Counted from the stretch's first letter, positions 16,170-28,292 are shown. The stretch: DNA of 64,000 nucleotides from an uncultured Gemmatimonadales bacterium (GCA_963812035.1 CAWETG010000001.1:132590-196589); one strand, 5' to 3'. Notes: generated by a model from the letters alone, not told the origin. Numbers and translations are program-made.

Positions 16170-17386
16170 GGTGAGACCTCAGACGCAGTGAACAGGCGGA
16201 CCGCCGCGTCGGCGGTGCTCGCGGCGGCCAGATCGTCGATCAGGTGCCCCAACGCCTCGCGCGCCTGGCGCTGCGCCTCCAGCACGCTCGGAAGGGCGAC
16301 CGCGCCCTCCGCGTAGGCGGTGAGCGACATCGCCGCCACGCGGTCGGCGCTCGCGACCAGGCTCCGATCGCGCACTACCTTCTGGGTGGCGACGGCCAGG
16401 CCGCGCCGCGCCTGCGCGACCGCCGCGTCGCTCTCGTGGCGCGCCAGGTCCAGCTCCGCCTGGGCGCGGCCCTGCGCTGCCGCGGCTGCCGCGATTGCAC
16501 CTCCGTTCCAGCTCAGCAGCGGGAACGTCAGCCCCAGTCCGAAGGTCGGGAGCAGGCCCGGCTCGGCTCTGGTAGGATCGTGGGTATCGAACCCCAGCAT
16601 GACGCTGGGCGAAGCGAACACGCCGCGGCGGGCCAGCGCGAGTGCTGCATCGGCGGACCTGGCGTCCGCCTCGGCCGCGGCGACCTGGAGGGTGACGCCG
16701 GCCGGGCCCGCCGCGCCGCCGCCCGGCAACTCGAGCGAATCGGCGAGAGTGATGGTGGGGCGATCGGACGCGAGTCCCATCACCCGCTGCACTTCGAGCA
16801 CCGCGGCGATCGCGTCCACGGAGTCGCCGGCGGCGTCGTTCGCCAGCTGTCCCGCGTTGACGGTGGCGAGCTGCACGTCCAGCTCGCTGGCGTCCCCGGC
16901 ATCACGCCGCAGCACCGCCATCCGGAGCAGGCTGTCGGCGTCGCGCGCGGTGCGCCGCGACAGCCCAAAGTGCGCCGTCGCGGCCAGCGCCGCGGTATAC
17001 GCCTGTTCCGCGTCGAACCGCGCCCCGGCGCGCTCGAACCCGAACCGGAGTCGGGCGGAGGCCGCAGCCTCGGACGCCACCCGGATCCTGGCGCTCCGGA
17101 TCCACGGCAGGTCGACCGGCAGATCGAGGCCGGCGTGGTACTGCGGAACGTCCTTGCTGTAGCTGGCGCTCAAGGTCGGATTCTGGAAGGCGCGCGCCGT
17201 CATCAGCTCGGCGCGGGCGGCGGCGGTGTCGGTTGCGGCGATGGTGACGCGTGGCCCGCGCGCCAGCGCGGCCTGCACTACCTGCTGTCGCGTGACCGGC
17301 TGCTGGGCGTACAGGCGAGCCAGCCCGGCGCTCCACGCGGCCAGAGCCAGCGCACAGCTCGTCAGCTCCGGGGCGATGGTTCTCAT
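16166..17386 (-). CDS. TolC-family outer membrane efflux protein
   Basis: ORF 16166..17386. Signal peptide, Ala/Arg-rich coiled repeat pattern, and position ahead of the MFP-RND genes. Confidence 0.8.
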   Translation of the reverse strand: MRTIAPELTSCALALAAWSAGLARLYAQQPVTRQQVVQAALARGPRVTIAATDTAAARAELMTARAFQNPTLSASYSKDVPQYHAGLDLPVDLPWIRSARIRVASEAAASARLRFGFERAGARFDAEQAYTAALAATAHFGLSRRTARDADSLLRMAVLRRDAGDASELDVQLATVNAGQLANDAAGDSVDAIAAVLEVQRVMGLASDRPTITLADSLELPGGGAAGPAGVTLQVAAAEADARSADAALALARRGVFASPSVMLGFDTHDPTRAEPGLLPTFGLGLTFPLLSWNGGAIAAAAAAQGRAQAELDLARHESDAAVAQARRGLAVATQKVVRDRSLVASADRVAAMSLTAYAEGAVALPSVLEAQRQAREALGHLIDDLAAASTADAAVRLFTASEVSP

Positions 17387-17413
17387 CGCCTCAGAAAGTA
17401 GTTATGGAACCTG

Positions 17414-18696
17414 TCAGGAAGATGACAGCGCAGGCGGGAACCGGATCACGACGCGCGTGCCCTTGCCGGGCTCGCTGGTCACGTCGATCCGGGCTCCATG
17501 CGCGTCGGCGATCCACCGCGCGATGGCGAGACCGAGCCCCGCTCCTTCGGCACCGCTGGCACGCGCCCGGGCAGGATCACCACGGTAGAACCGCTCGAAG
17601 ATGTGGGGCAGCTGCTCCTGGCTGATGCCGATGCCCGTGTCCTCCACCACCACCTCCGCCTGCCCCCCCGGGGCCGCCGCGCTCAGGCGCACCCGCCCGC
17701 CGGCCGGCGTGAACTTCACCGCGTTGTCGAGCACGATCATCAGCAGCTGACGCAACAGCGCCGGGTCGCCTGTGACCACCGCTTCCTCAAAGGCCCCGAC
17801 CTCCAGCGCCACGCCGCGCTTTTCCGCCAGCGCCCGGGCGCCGGTCGCCGCATCGAGGGCGAGGTCGTCGAGGAACACCCGCCGGCGATCGGGCGCACGT
17901 TCTCCCGCGTCGGCGCGGGCGAGGGTCAGCAGGTCCTCGACGGTGGCGCCGAGTCGCACCGCTTCGCTCTCGACGCGACGCAGCGCCTCCGCGTATCCCC
18001 CGCTGTCCCGCTCGCGCTGCAGCGCGACCTCCGCCTGGCTGCGCAGCACGGCGATCGGCGTTCGCAGCTCGTGCGCAGCGTCGGCCATGAAGCGGCGCAT
18101 CGTCTCCATGGATCGCTCGACCGGCGCGGTGGACTTCCGCACCAAGAGCCAGCCGCCGGCGGCGACGAGCACCAGACCCGCGAGCGCCGCAGCGCCGAAC
18201 GCGCCGATCAGCGAGGCGTACTGATCCTCCAGCTCCACCACGTCGGCCACGGCCGCGCCGACGTAGGTCTTCCCCGGCACCGTGAACCGCTCGGCGTAGA
18301 GCCGGAGCCGGCGGTCGTGCCGTTCGATCTCCACCTCAACGCTCCCGTCCCGCGCCGCCGTGCGCGCCGCATCGCGGATCCACTGGTCCGCCAGCGGCGG
18401 CTTGACCGGCACGCCATCGGTGCCGAGCAGGTAGAGCGCGCGGTCGGGGATGTGCAGCTCGTCCACCGCGTCCACCACGGCGCCGGAAGTGGTGCGCGCC
18501 TCCACCTCGCGGATCCGAGCCGCGCGCATCAACTCCCCCGCCGCCTGGCGCAAGGAATCGTCCAGGTGCCGGGAGATCTGGGAGCGGATCGTGAGGAACA
18601 GGCCGCCGCCCAGAAGCAGCAGGATGAGTCCGAAGGTCGCAACGTACCACGCGGTGAGCCGCAGCCGCAGCAGGTCGAGAGGCCGTATCGCTGCCC

Positions 18697-18700
<4 letters not shown>
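17414..18700 (-). CDS. Sensor histidine kinase (2 TM, HAMP, HisKA, HATPase_c)
   Basis: ORF 17414..18700. H-box AAHELRTPIAVL. G-boxes DTGIGISQEQLPHIFERFYRGD and GAGLGLAIA. Confidence 0.85.
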
Positions 18701-19365
<665 letters not shown>

Positions 19366-19423
19366 GGGATCGGCTAGTGTGGCGCCCCCGTGGGGGCGCG
19401 GGAAAGGATGCCCCGCGGCAGGA

Positions 19424-20536
19424 TCAGTACTTCAGCCCCGCGGCGTCGGCGAAGCTCTTCACCATCGCCTCCTGCTCCGGCGAGAGCTTGGCGGGCACCT
19501 CGACCTGGGCCTCCACGATCTGGTCGCCTCGCTCCCCGCCCTTCTCGATGCCCTGCCCCTTGATCCGGAATTTCCGCCCCGCCTGCGTCCCGGCCGGGAT
19601 GCGCAGCACGACGTGCTTGCCGTCGAGGGTGCGCACCTTGAGCTTCGTGCCGAGCATCGCCTGCGCGATGTTGATCGGGACGGTGCAGTGGACGTCGAGG
19701 CCGTCGCGCTGGAAGAAGCGGTCCGGCTCCACCTGGAACGCCACCATCAGGTCGCCCGCCGCCGCGCCGCCGGTGCCGCGGGGCCCGTGGCCCTTCAGGC
19801 GGATCTTGGTGCCGTTGTCGGTGCCGGGCGGCACGTTGATCATCAGCCGCCGCTCGACCCGCACCTCGCCACCGCCGTGGCACGCCGGGCAGCTCTGCGC
19901 GGCGATCTTGCCGCGGCCCCGGCACGCCGGACACGGGCGTTTCACTGCGAACCCGCCATAGCCGAACGAGATGGTGCCCGTGCCCTTGCACTCGGTGCAG
20001 GTGGTCTGCGAAGCACCCGGCGCAGCTCCCGAGCCGCCACAGGTCCCGCACGCCTCCGTCACGGGCACCGCGATGGGCACCTTGCCGCCCAGCGCCGCCA
20101 CGCGGAACGGAATCGAGACGACGGTCTCCACGCTCTCGCCCCGCTCCGCCTCGCCTTTGCGCTTGGCCGAGCCGCCGCCGAAGATGGACGAGAACAGGTC
20201 CCCCAACCCGCCGGAGAGGTCGCCGAAATCCATCTCCTCGAAGCGCTGGCCCGTCCCGGCGCCGGCCGGTCGCCTCCCGGCGCCCTGGCCCCTCGGTCCG
20301 GGGCTCGTGAACGCCCCGTACTTCCGCAGCTGGTCGTACTGCTTGCGCTTCTGGACGTCCGACAGGATCGAGTACGCCTCCGTGATCGTCTTGAAGCGCT
20401 CGCCCGCGGTCTTGTCGCTGAGATTCGCGTCCGGATGCCACTTCTTGGCGAGCTTGCGGTAGGCGCGCTTGATCTGGTCCTGGGTGGCGTTCGACATCAC
20501 GCCGAGGACGCCGTAGTAGTCCTTCTCTGGTGCCAT
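19424..20536 (-). CDS. dnaJ: Molecular chaperone DnaJ (type I, with zinc-finger domain)
   Basis: ORF 19424..20536. J-domain DYYGVLGV...KWHPD. Four CxxCxGxG motifs ([32 protein letters not shown]). Confidence 0.85.
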   Translation of the reverse strand: MAPEKDYYGVLGVMSNATQDQIKRAYRKLAKKWHPDANLSDKTAGERFKTITEAYSILSDVQKRKQYDQLRKYGAFTSPGPRGQGAGRRPAGAGTGQRFEEMDFGDLSGGLGDLFSSIFGGGSAKRKGEAERGESVETVVSIPFRVAALGGKVPIAVPVTEACGTCGGSGAAPGASQTTCTECKGTGTISFGYGGFAVKRPCPACRGRGKIAAQSCPACHGGGEVRVERRLMINVPPGTDNGTKIRLKGHGPRGTGGAAAGDLMVAFQVEPDRFFQRDGLDVHCTVPINIAQAMLGTKLKVRTLDGKHVVLRIPAGTQAGRKFRIKGQGIEKGGERGDQIVEAQVEVPAKLSPEQEAMVKSFADAAGLKY

Positions 20537-20539
20537 CGG

Positions 20540-21226
20540 TTACTGCGCTGCCTCCCCGGCGGCCGGCTCCGTCCAGATGAGCACCGCGACACGCGCGGGC
20601 CTCAGGAGCAGGCCGTTCAAGCGGTAGCCGGGCTGGAGCACCGACCCGACGGTGTGATCGGCGTCGGGCGACGCCGCCGGCATCGTCATCACCGCCTCGT
20701 GCAGGTTGGGGTCGAAGGGCTGGCCCGTCGGGTCCACGCGTTCGAGTCCGACGCCCTCCAGCGCCTTCTGCAGCTTGCGTTCGACCAGGCCGGCGCCCTC
20801 GTGCAGCGCCTGCGAGGTGGTCTGCGCCGGATCGAGGGCGGCGATCCGCCCGAGGTCGTCCAGCGCGTCGAGGGCCCGCACGATCAGGTCGGCCTGCGCG
20901 CGGCTCCCAGCCTCCGTCCGCTCGCGCAGCGCTCGCTTCTTGTAGTTCTCGAATTCCGCCGCGGCCCGGAGGCACCTGTCTTTCCACTCGGCCGCCTCCT
21001 GCTCGACCCGGCGCAACGCTTCACCGCTGGCCTCGACCAGCGCGCCCGGCGCGGCATTCAGCTCGTCCCATGTGGCCGGGCCGGCCTCGGCGGGAGCACC
21101 CGCCTCCGTTGCGTCCGCGCCAGCCAATTCCTCCGCGGCAGGCTGCTCCTGCGCCGGCGACTCCGGGTGGTGGGGGGCCTGGTGCGGACGGTGCTTCCTG
21201 ATCATCTCGCCTCGAGGGTCGAACAT
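20540..21226 (-). CDS. grpE: Nucleotide exchange factor GrpE
   Basis: Frame of ORF 20540..21406. AAEFENYKKRALRE and C-terminal beta domain HEAV...GYRLNGLLLRPARV. Start at ATG 21226 (alternative ATG 21205); the longer ORF runs into a repeat array. Confidence 0.85.
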   Translation of the reverse strand: MFDPRGEMIRKHRPHQAPHHPESPAQEQPAAEELAGADATEAGAPAEAGPATWDELNAAPGALVEASGEALRRVEQEAAEWKDRCLRAAAEFENYKKRALRERTEAGSRAQADLIVRALDALDDLGRIAALDPAQTTSQALHEGAGLVERKLQKALEGVGLERVDPTGQPFDPNLHEAVMTMPAASPDADHTVGSVLQPGYRLNGLLLRPARVAVLIWTEPAAGEAAQ

Positions 21227-21263
21227 ACGTAGGTTGGCCTCTAACAATACCCTACGGGTCAAG

Positions 21264-21333
21264 CAGTTGCGAGTTGCGAGACATGAGTTGGCAGTACAGT
21301 TGCGAGACGCTGAGTTGCGAGCCGTCGCGAGAC
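21264..21333. repeat. Tandem array of about 5 degenerate TTGCGAGAC-family units upstream of grpE
   Basis: cagttgcga-gttgcgagacat-gagttggcagta-cagttgcgagacgct-gagttgcgagccgt-cgcgagac, all in one orientation, 38-107 nt upstream of the grpE start. Confidence 0.75.
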
Positions 21334-21464
21334 ATGCGGCTGCAAGGTACGGGCCAATCTCCGGGCGCCAACTTGGCAGGTCCAGTAGCGAGTACGGCGC
21401 CGGCACGCGGGCGTTGCGCGGCCCGCCTGGACGCCGGATCGGGCACTACGGCCCCTGAGGATCG

Positions 21465-21492
21465 CAGTCTACTGAGGCCAGTCTACTGAGGC
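21465..21492. repeat. Perfect 14-bp tandem duplication (cagtctactgaggc x2) spanning the stop codon of gene 21483..23693
   Basis: Copies at 21465-21478 and 21479-21492. The second contains the CTA (TAG) stop at 21483-21485. Confidence 0.85.
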
Positions 21493-23693
21493 AGAATCTC
21501 GAACCCGATCTGGGCGCGGCCGATCACCTTGACCCCCGTGGGCTCGCGCACCTCCAGCCGCAGCAGGTAACGGCCGGGCGGAATCTGGCCCGGGGCGATG
21601 TCCAACCACTCCACAGTCGGGCCGCCCTCGGACGGCTGCTGTCGTTCGAAGGCCAACCGGATGCCGCCGGGCAGCTCCGCCTGCCGCGCATCCCCCGTGA
21701 GGTCATTGCTGCGGACGATTTGGTACGAGGCGCGGTAACTCACGTAACTGTCCGCTGCGGTCTGCAAGCCATAGACCTCCGCGTAGGCTCGGAGCGTCGT
21801 GCCGGCGGGAAACGTCAGGTCGCGCTGCAGGCGGTGCAGCATCGCGCTTCGCGTGGTCACCGTATCGGTCCACACCGGGGCGAGCAGCAAGTCGCTGACC
21901 CCCCAGGTGTGGCCGAGCGTGAGCACGGAGAACGGGAGGCTCATGCGCCCAAGGGTGTCGCCCAGTTTGGCGTTGGCGACGAGCGAGTACCAGCCCTTCC
22001 GGGCCGTGAGCACCACTACGCCGCTGCTGTCCTCGCGCGGCGTCCCCTCCTCCTCCGCTGGCGCGACGAGCTGCGCTGCAGCTGCGCCGCGCGTGGTCAC
22101 CACCACGACGTCGGTGGTGCCCGAGTCGGCGCCGGCGAACTGCGCGGTCCACACGCCGAAGGTCAGGGGAGCCGGGATGGACGTGGCGTTCCGCGTCATC
22201 GCCTGTTCCATCGCCTTGAATTGCGTTTCGTTCATCGGCCGGAAGACCTGCTCTCCCGTCGTTGCCCACCCCGCCAGCGCACCGACGTTGACCGCCTCGG
22301 GCCGGAAGAAGCGCACCGTCCCGATGTCGTCGTACTGCCAGCGCTCGAGGTCGGGGAGCGCGCAGAACGGATCGCCCGCGTTCAGTGAACCGACGATTCG
22401 TTGCCGCGGCGGGCCGAACCGGAGATAGGTCAGCCCCCGGTCGTCGAGCCCGGTGCGGAGGTTGTAGCCGAGCGCTGCGGCGGTCGTGTCAATGTCCCGG
22501 ATGTCTGGGCCGTAGGGCACATCCAGCAGACCGACACGGTACTTCTGCAGGTCGATGAAAAATTCGCCCGGCGGTTGGATCCCGTGCCTCCAGCTGTTCC
22601 AGATCAGTGGATCTGCCAACAGGTCTTCCATCCTCGATGTGACGCGCGCCTGGTCCGTGGCGTGCATCGGGCCGACCTCACCCGCCTCGCAGCGCAGGTA
22701 GAAGATCTGCTCGCCCACGCTGGCCCGCGCCGCGAGGGCTCGCGTCAGGCTCCGGTTCTTGTAGCCCGCCAGCGGATGGGTCGCTTGGAACTGCTTCCGC
22801 ACCACTCGCAGCCGCGCAAAGTGCTCGGCGATCCGCCGATTGATGCCGGCGAAGAGATCCGGGTTGCGGCGCGCCCAGAAGCTGCGCAGGAAGCCGGAGC
22901 GCTGCTCCGCCGGAATCCCCGCCTCCCAGGCGCGGATCTCTGCCGGGGTCGCGATGCCGATGGCCTGCTGCCACAGCAGCTCCCCGCCCGCGCGACCGGC
23001 ATAGGCGAGCGCTTGCTCGTAGAGGGCGCTGCCGGTGACGGTGTCGCCCTTCTCGAGGGCGCTCTGACCCCGCAAGGCGAGCCAGGCTGGCTCCTTCCCG
23101 TCCAGCGCGAGCAGCGCATCGAGCACCGTGTCGGCCGCCGCGTACCGCTCGTCTTCGATCAGCAGCTGGGCGATCCGCGCCCGGACCTCCGGTATCGAGT
23201 CGTGCTGCGCCAGGATACGCCGTAGGCGCTCCCGGTCCGACTCGGCGCGATACGCCTTAAGCCAGTTTTCGAACGCAGTCGGGTACAGCGGGTCCAGTGC
23301 TAGGACTCGCTCGTAGGCCTCGTGCAGGATCAGCTCGCCGTCGGCGTTCCCCAGCTCGAGGCCTGCCCTCCCGTAGCCGTCCCACACCTCCGGCCGCTCG
23401 GGAGCAAGACGCGTCGCATGGCGGAAGGCGATGATCGCGGCGACGCGATGCGCGTTGGACGCGCCGCCCCGCCTGAGGGTGGCTTCGCCCTGGAGGAACC
23501 ATCCACGCCAATCGTCGGAGTGATGGGAGGTGTACTCGCGCGCCAGGTCTACGGCCCGGTCCATCTGGCCCCGCGCCAGGGCGGACTCCGCTACGGCCAG
23601 CTGCGCGGCCGCATCGCGCTGAGCCGACGCGGGCCGGGCACCGGCGAGCAGGAGCGCCGCCGCGAGCACGCTGACCGCCGTCGTCCGGCTCAT
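21483..23693 (-). CDS. Secreted TPR-repeat protein with C-terminal GWxTD-like domain
   Basis: ORF 21483..23693. Signal VLAAALLLAGARPASAQ. N-terminal TPR-like helices. GLDDRGLTYLRFGPP...LERWQY resembles the GWxTD core (degenerate). The gene call is solid; the family call is tentative. Confidence 0.55.
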   Translation of the reverse strand: MSRTTAVSVLAAALLLAGARPASAQRDAAAQLAVAESALARGQMDRAVDLAREYTSHHSDDWRGWFLQGEATLRRGGASNAHRVAAIIAFRHATRLAPERPEVWDGYGRAGLELGNADGELILHEAYERVLALDPLYPTAFENWLKAYRAESDRERLRRILAQHDSIPEVRARIAQLLIEDERYAAADTVLDALLALDGKEPAWLALRGQSALEKGDTVTGSALYEQALAYAGRAGGELLWQQAIGIATPAEIRAWEAGIPAEQRSGFLRSFWARRNPDLFAGINRRIAEHFARLRVVRKQFQATHPLAGYKNRSLTRALAARASVGEQIFYLRCEAGEVGPMHATDQARVTSRMEDLLADPLIWNSWRHGIQPPGEFFIDLQKYRVGLLDVPYGPDIRDIDTTAAALGYNLRTGLDDRGLTYLRFGPPRQRIVGSLNAGDPFCALPDLERWQYDDIGTVRFFRPEAVNVGALAGWATTGEQVFRPMNETQFKAMEQAMTRNATSIPAPLTFGVWTAQFAGADSGTTDVVVVTTRGAAAAQLVAPAEEEGTPREDSSGVVVLTARKGWYSLVANAKLGDTLGRMSLPFSVLTLGHTWGVSDLLLAPVWTDTVTTRSAMLHRLQRDLTFPAGTTLRAYAEVYGLQTAADSYVSYRASYQIVRSNDLTGDARQAELPGGIRLAFERQQPSEGGPTVEWLDIAPGQIPPGRYLLRLEVREPTGVKVIGRAQIGFEILPQ

Positions 23694-23709
23694 GCGGCCG
23701 CCCCGCGCC

Positions 23710-24525
23710 TCAGGGCTCGATGAGGGTGGTGGTCATCCGGCCGTAGATGGTCTGTGGATTGGTCGGTGACTCGATCCGTGTACGGTTCTCCATCACCAGG
23801 CGCGCGAGGCGCCGGTGTGCCACGTCGACGACCATTTCGCCCTCATAGTCCCCGGAGATGCTCGTCGGATGAGCGCTGTCGGCCTGCACGCCGCCGCTGC
23901 CCTTCATGGACACGGTGGCATACTGGGTACCGTCGCGAAGCTCGATGCGCTCCAGCCGGAGCGTGGCGACTATGGTGGACGTGCGAGTCTGGCCCGGACG
24001 TACGGCAGTCGTCACGCTGTCCGTCCACGTCTCGCCGACCCGCAGCGGGCGCTTCGGGAATCCGTGTTGCCCCACGGTCTCCCCGAAACTGCTGAGCTGC
24101 GGCGCAATCGTCGGCGGGGCATTGGGCCCGGGTGTTATGGTGGACGAGAGTATGTCCCCGTCGGCGTTGACCCGCTTAATCATCGTCATGCCCCTGAGCC
24201 AGTCCGCGCCCCCACCAAGCGGCGGCAGCCCTCCTCCCATCTGCATACGGGACGAATCGATGACCACGGTGATCGTGCGAGTTCCCGAATCGGCCGCGGC
24301 CACCGTCTGGGTGGAGTACATGACCTGCTTCATCGTGGGCTCAGCGCTCGTGTCGGCGGCCACGGCAGGCGAGATCAGCATCCACACCTTGCTTTCCATC
24401 CGAGAGCGCGTGACCTGGCCCACGGGCGGGTCGAGTCGCAGCACCACCGCCTCCTGCGCCGCGACGGGAAGAGCGCCGGCAACGGCGATGGCGAGGAGCA
24501 GACCTGATCTGGCAACGATGGACAT
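23710..24525 (-). CDS. Hypothetical secreted protein, paralog of 4487..5380
   Basis: Frame of ORF 23710..24609. ATG 24525 preceded by ggaggg. Signal MSIVARSGLLLAIAVAGALPVAAQ. Shared blocks DSSRMQMGG, LRVGETWTDSV and LRLERIELRDG. Confidence 0.6.
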   Translation of the reverse strand: MSIVARSGLLLAIAVAGALPVAAQEAVVLRLDPPVGQVTRSRMESKVWMLISPAVAADTSAEPTMKQVMYSTQTVAAADSGTRTITVVIDSSRMQMGGGLPPLGGGADWLRGMTMIKRVNADGDILSSTITPGPNAPPTIAPQLSSFGETVGQHGFPKRPLRVGETWTDSVTTAVRPGQTRTSTIVATLRLERIELRDGTQYATVSMKGSGGVQADSAHPTSISGDYEGEMVVDVAHRRLARLVMENRTRIESPTNPQTIYGRMTTTLIEP

Positions 24526-24640
24526 TGGTGTTCCCTCCGCACGGTGCGCCAACGACAAGGCGCGAGCGCGGCGGACGCCCCGCCCGCCAAGCCTCCGCGC
24601 ATGCCACACTGTAACGTGCCGGCGTTAGCACCTGTCTTGG

Positions 24641-25935
<1,295 letters not shown>

Positions 25936-26029
25936 CTTGCCGCTAGCCTTTGGGTCCAACCCTATCGCCTCGGGACGCCACTAAGAGACAAGGTATGACA
26001 CGCCGTCCCAGCACGCCCGAGTCCGCCCG

Positions 26030-26599
26030 GTGAATACCGGCGCGGCGCCCGACCTCACGGCCGAGCCGGATCGGCAGCTCGCCGGGCGCGTGCTGGCGGG
26101 CGACGAGGCGGCGTTCCGCCGGCTATACCGGAGGCATACGCCGCGGCTCTACCAGCTCGCGCTCCGGCTGCTCGGGGGCGACGAGACGGAAGCGGAGGAC
26201 GTGGTGCAGGACATCTGGATCAAGGCGGTGGAGAAGCTGGAGAGCTTCCGCTGGGAGTCGGAGCTGAGCACCTGGCTCCACGCCATCGCGCTGAACACGT
26301 CGCGCGAGGCGCTGCGGCGGCGCGGCAAGCGGCGCGAGGTCGAGTGGCCGGAGAACGACGAGCCCGCGGCAGCCCAGCCCTTGGAGCGGCTCGAGCCGGT
26401 GGACCTCGAACGGGCCATCGCGACGCTCCCGTCCGGCTACCGGATGGTGCTCGTCCTCCACGACGTCGAGGGCCACACGCACGAGCGCATCGCCGAGCTA
26501 CTCGGCGTGACGCCCGGCACCACCAAGTCACAGCTGTTCCGGGCACGACGCGCGGTGCGCGCGCTGCTCGCTCCCGGCAACGAAGGACGTGTCTCATGA
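26030..26599 (+). CDS. ECF (sigma-70 family, group IV) RNA polymerase sigma factor
   Basis: ORF 26030..26599 (GTG). Region 2 AEDVVQDIWIKAVEKL. Region 4 LPSGYRMVLVLHDVEGHTHERIAELLGVTPGTTKSQLFRARR. Confidence 0.85.
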   Translation: MNTGAAPDLTAEPDRQLAGRVLAGDEAAFRRLYRRHTPRLYQLALRLLGGDETEAEDVVQDIWIKAVEKLESFRWESELSTWLHAIALNTSREALRRRGKRREVEWPENDEPAAAQPLERLEPVDLERAIATLPSGYRMVLVLHDVEGHTHERIAELLGVTPGTTKSQLFRARRAVRALLAPGNEGRVS

Positions 26600-27159
26600 A
26601 CGAACCCGACGACCTCACGCCGGCCGAGCGGCGCGCGCTCGAGGCGCTCGCCAGGGAGCGCGCCCCGCGCCCGGAGCTGGAGGACCGCGTGGTGGCCGCG
26701 CTGCAGCGGCGCGGCCTGCTCCCGATTCCGCTCGCGCTGCGCACGGGACGGCGCCGCGCCCTGCCCTGGCTCGTGGGCGCCGTCGCGGCGTCGCTGGCGC
26801 TCTTCGCCGGCGGCTTCGCGGCCGGCCAGTACCTTGGCGCCCGGAGCGGCGCGGCCGCCGCGCTGTCGGGCGTGCAGGCGTCGCGCGGCTCGGCAGCCCA
26901 GGTCGCGGCGCACGCGGAACGCATCGGCACGTTGTACGTGGAGGCGTTGGCGGCCTTGAATCAGCTGAACGACTCGACCGACGCGGCGACCCGGACCAAG
27001 GCGCGCCAGGTGGCGCTCACGGCCCTGGGAGCCGTCGCCGGAGAAGTGGCCCATCTGGCACCCGACGATCCGCTCGCGGCCGCAGTGCTGAGAGGATTGA
27101 ACGAGCGGAGTGAAGAGCAGCGGCCGGCGCCGTCCACCCGGTCCGTGGTGTGGTTCTGA
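26596..27159 (+). CDS. Putative anti-sigma factor (single-pass membrane protein)
   Basis: Frame of ORF 26344..27159. ATG 26596 overlaps the sigma stop (ATGA). Central TM ALPWLVGAVAASLALFAGGFAAG. Call based on position and topology only. Confidence 0.55.
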   Translation: MNEPDDLTPAERRALEALARERAPRPELEDRVVAALQRRGLLPIPLALRTGRRRALPWLVGAVAASLALFAGGFAAGQYLGARSGAAAALSGVQASRGSAAQVAAHAERIGTLYVEALAALNQLNDSTDAATRTKARQVALTALGAVAGEVAHLAPDDPLAAAVLRGLNERSEEQRPAPSTRSVVWF

Positions 27160-27176
27160 ACCCCGGAGGCAGGAGC

Positions 27177-28253
27177 ATGTTGCGTCACATCATCGCGCTG
27201 GGCGCGCTGGCGGCCGTTACGGCGCCAGCGGCGGCCCAGGTGGACAGCAGCCGCAGCAACCGCGGCGCCGTCAGTGCCACGGTGCCGCGGCTCACCTACA
27301 GCATCACGTCCCGGGAAGGCTGGCTGGGGATCGGCGTGTCGTGCAGCCAGTGCACCCTTACGACGTCCGACTCCGGAGGGGCTCGCCGGTGGATGTTCTC
27401 GGAGCCGCCCCGGCTCTTTTCCGTCGATCGCAATGGTCCCGCGGACCGGGCCGGCCTCAGGACCGGCGACACGCTCGTGGCGATCGATCGGAAGCCGTTC
27501 ACGTCGCAGGAGGGGGGCGCCGCGTTCGCCAACATCCGCCCCGGACAGTCGGTGCGGCTGACGTATCGGCGGGACGGCGCCGAGCACGTGGTGCGCCTGG
27601 TCGCTGAGGCACGGCCCATCACTGACGCCCGCGCCCTGGCCTCGGCCGCGCGAGCGCTGCGGCTCGCATTGGCGGCACAGACCCGGCAACTGGAGGTGTC
27701 GCACGACCAGCTGGAGCGGGCGCGGGACCAGATCGAGCGAGTGCGGCAGCAGATGGCGGAGCAGCTCGCCGAGGTGGTGCAGCGTCGGGTCGGCTCCGCG
27801 GCAGACTCGGGGCAGCTCGAGGCGGTGCAGCGCGCACTGGAAGCCCAGGCGGCCGCCCTGGCCGCGGTCCTCCAGGATCGCGCCGCGCTCGAAGGTCTGG
27901 GCGATTCGGCGGGTGCCCTCGCGCCGCCCGAGCCGGCCATGCCCGCGATGCCGGCGGTTGCCCCGACGCCGCCCGCGGGCGCGTTGCCCGCCGAGCCGCC
28001 GGTGCCCGCCCTGGCGCCCCTTCCGCCGACGTCGTACGCCGAGCACCGGAGCTTCGGCCCGCTGCGCTACACCGGACGGCTCGGCCCCGTCGTCATCGAG
28101 GCACGCGGGTCCGGCTGGGCGACTGCGACGGAAGTGTCTGACAGCGAAGTGGTCGTGACGTCCGGCGACCTCAGCGTGCGGCTCGCCCTGAGGCCCAGCG
28201 CCACTCCGAAGCCAGCGGCGCCGGCACCTGCGCCGCGTCCGCCGCAGGACTAG
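27177..28253 (+). CDS. Secreted PDZ-domain protein with coiled-coil and Pro/Ala-rich regions
   Basis: Frame of ORF 27150..28253. ATG 27177 after ggaggcaggagc. Signal IIALGALAAVTAPAAAQ. PDZ-like VDRNGPADRAGLRTGDTLVAIDRKPF. Confidence 0.65.
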   Translation: MLRHIIALGALAAVTAPAAAQVDSSRSNRGAVSATVPRLTYSITSREGWLGIGVSCSQCTLTTSDSGGARRWMFSEPPRLFSVDRNGPADRAGLRTGDTLVAIDRKPFTSQEGGAAFANIRPGQSVRLTYRRDGAEHVVRLVAEARPITDARALASAARALRLALAAQTRQLEVSHDQLERARDQIERVRQQMAEQLAEVVQRRVGSAADSGQLEAVQRALEAQAAALAAVLQDRAALEGLGDSAGALAPPEPAMPAMPAVAPTPPAGALPAEPPVPALAPLPPTSYAEHRSFGPLRYTGRLGPVVIEARGSGWATATEVSDSEVVVTSGDLSVRLALRPSATPKPAAPAPAPRPPQD

Positions 28254-28292
28254 GTCCGTCGGGGCGGGTGCGGCGGGCCGTGCCCGCAGCGG

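Noticed and set aside
19382-19399. GC hairpin gcgccc-ccgtgg-gggcgc between the dnaJ stop and the response-regulator start, as a possible terminator.
   Set aside because: The stem is short, the loop is ambiguous and no U-tract follows on the transcribed strand. The evidence is too weak to list as a feature.
20738-20750. tRNA T-arm-like gcgttcgagtccg.
   Set aside because: It lies inside the grpE coding sequence. No acceptor or anticodon stems could be built around it. I saw no convincing tRNA elsewhere in the window.
21227-21263. Looked for a CIRCE/HrcA operator or an obvious sigma-32-type promoter upstream of grpE-dnaJ.
   Set aside because: No TTAGCACTC-N9-GAGTGCTAA-like inverted repeat is present. 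A promoter cannot be assigned by eye in this GC context.
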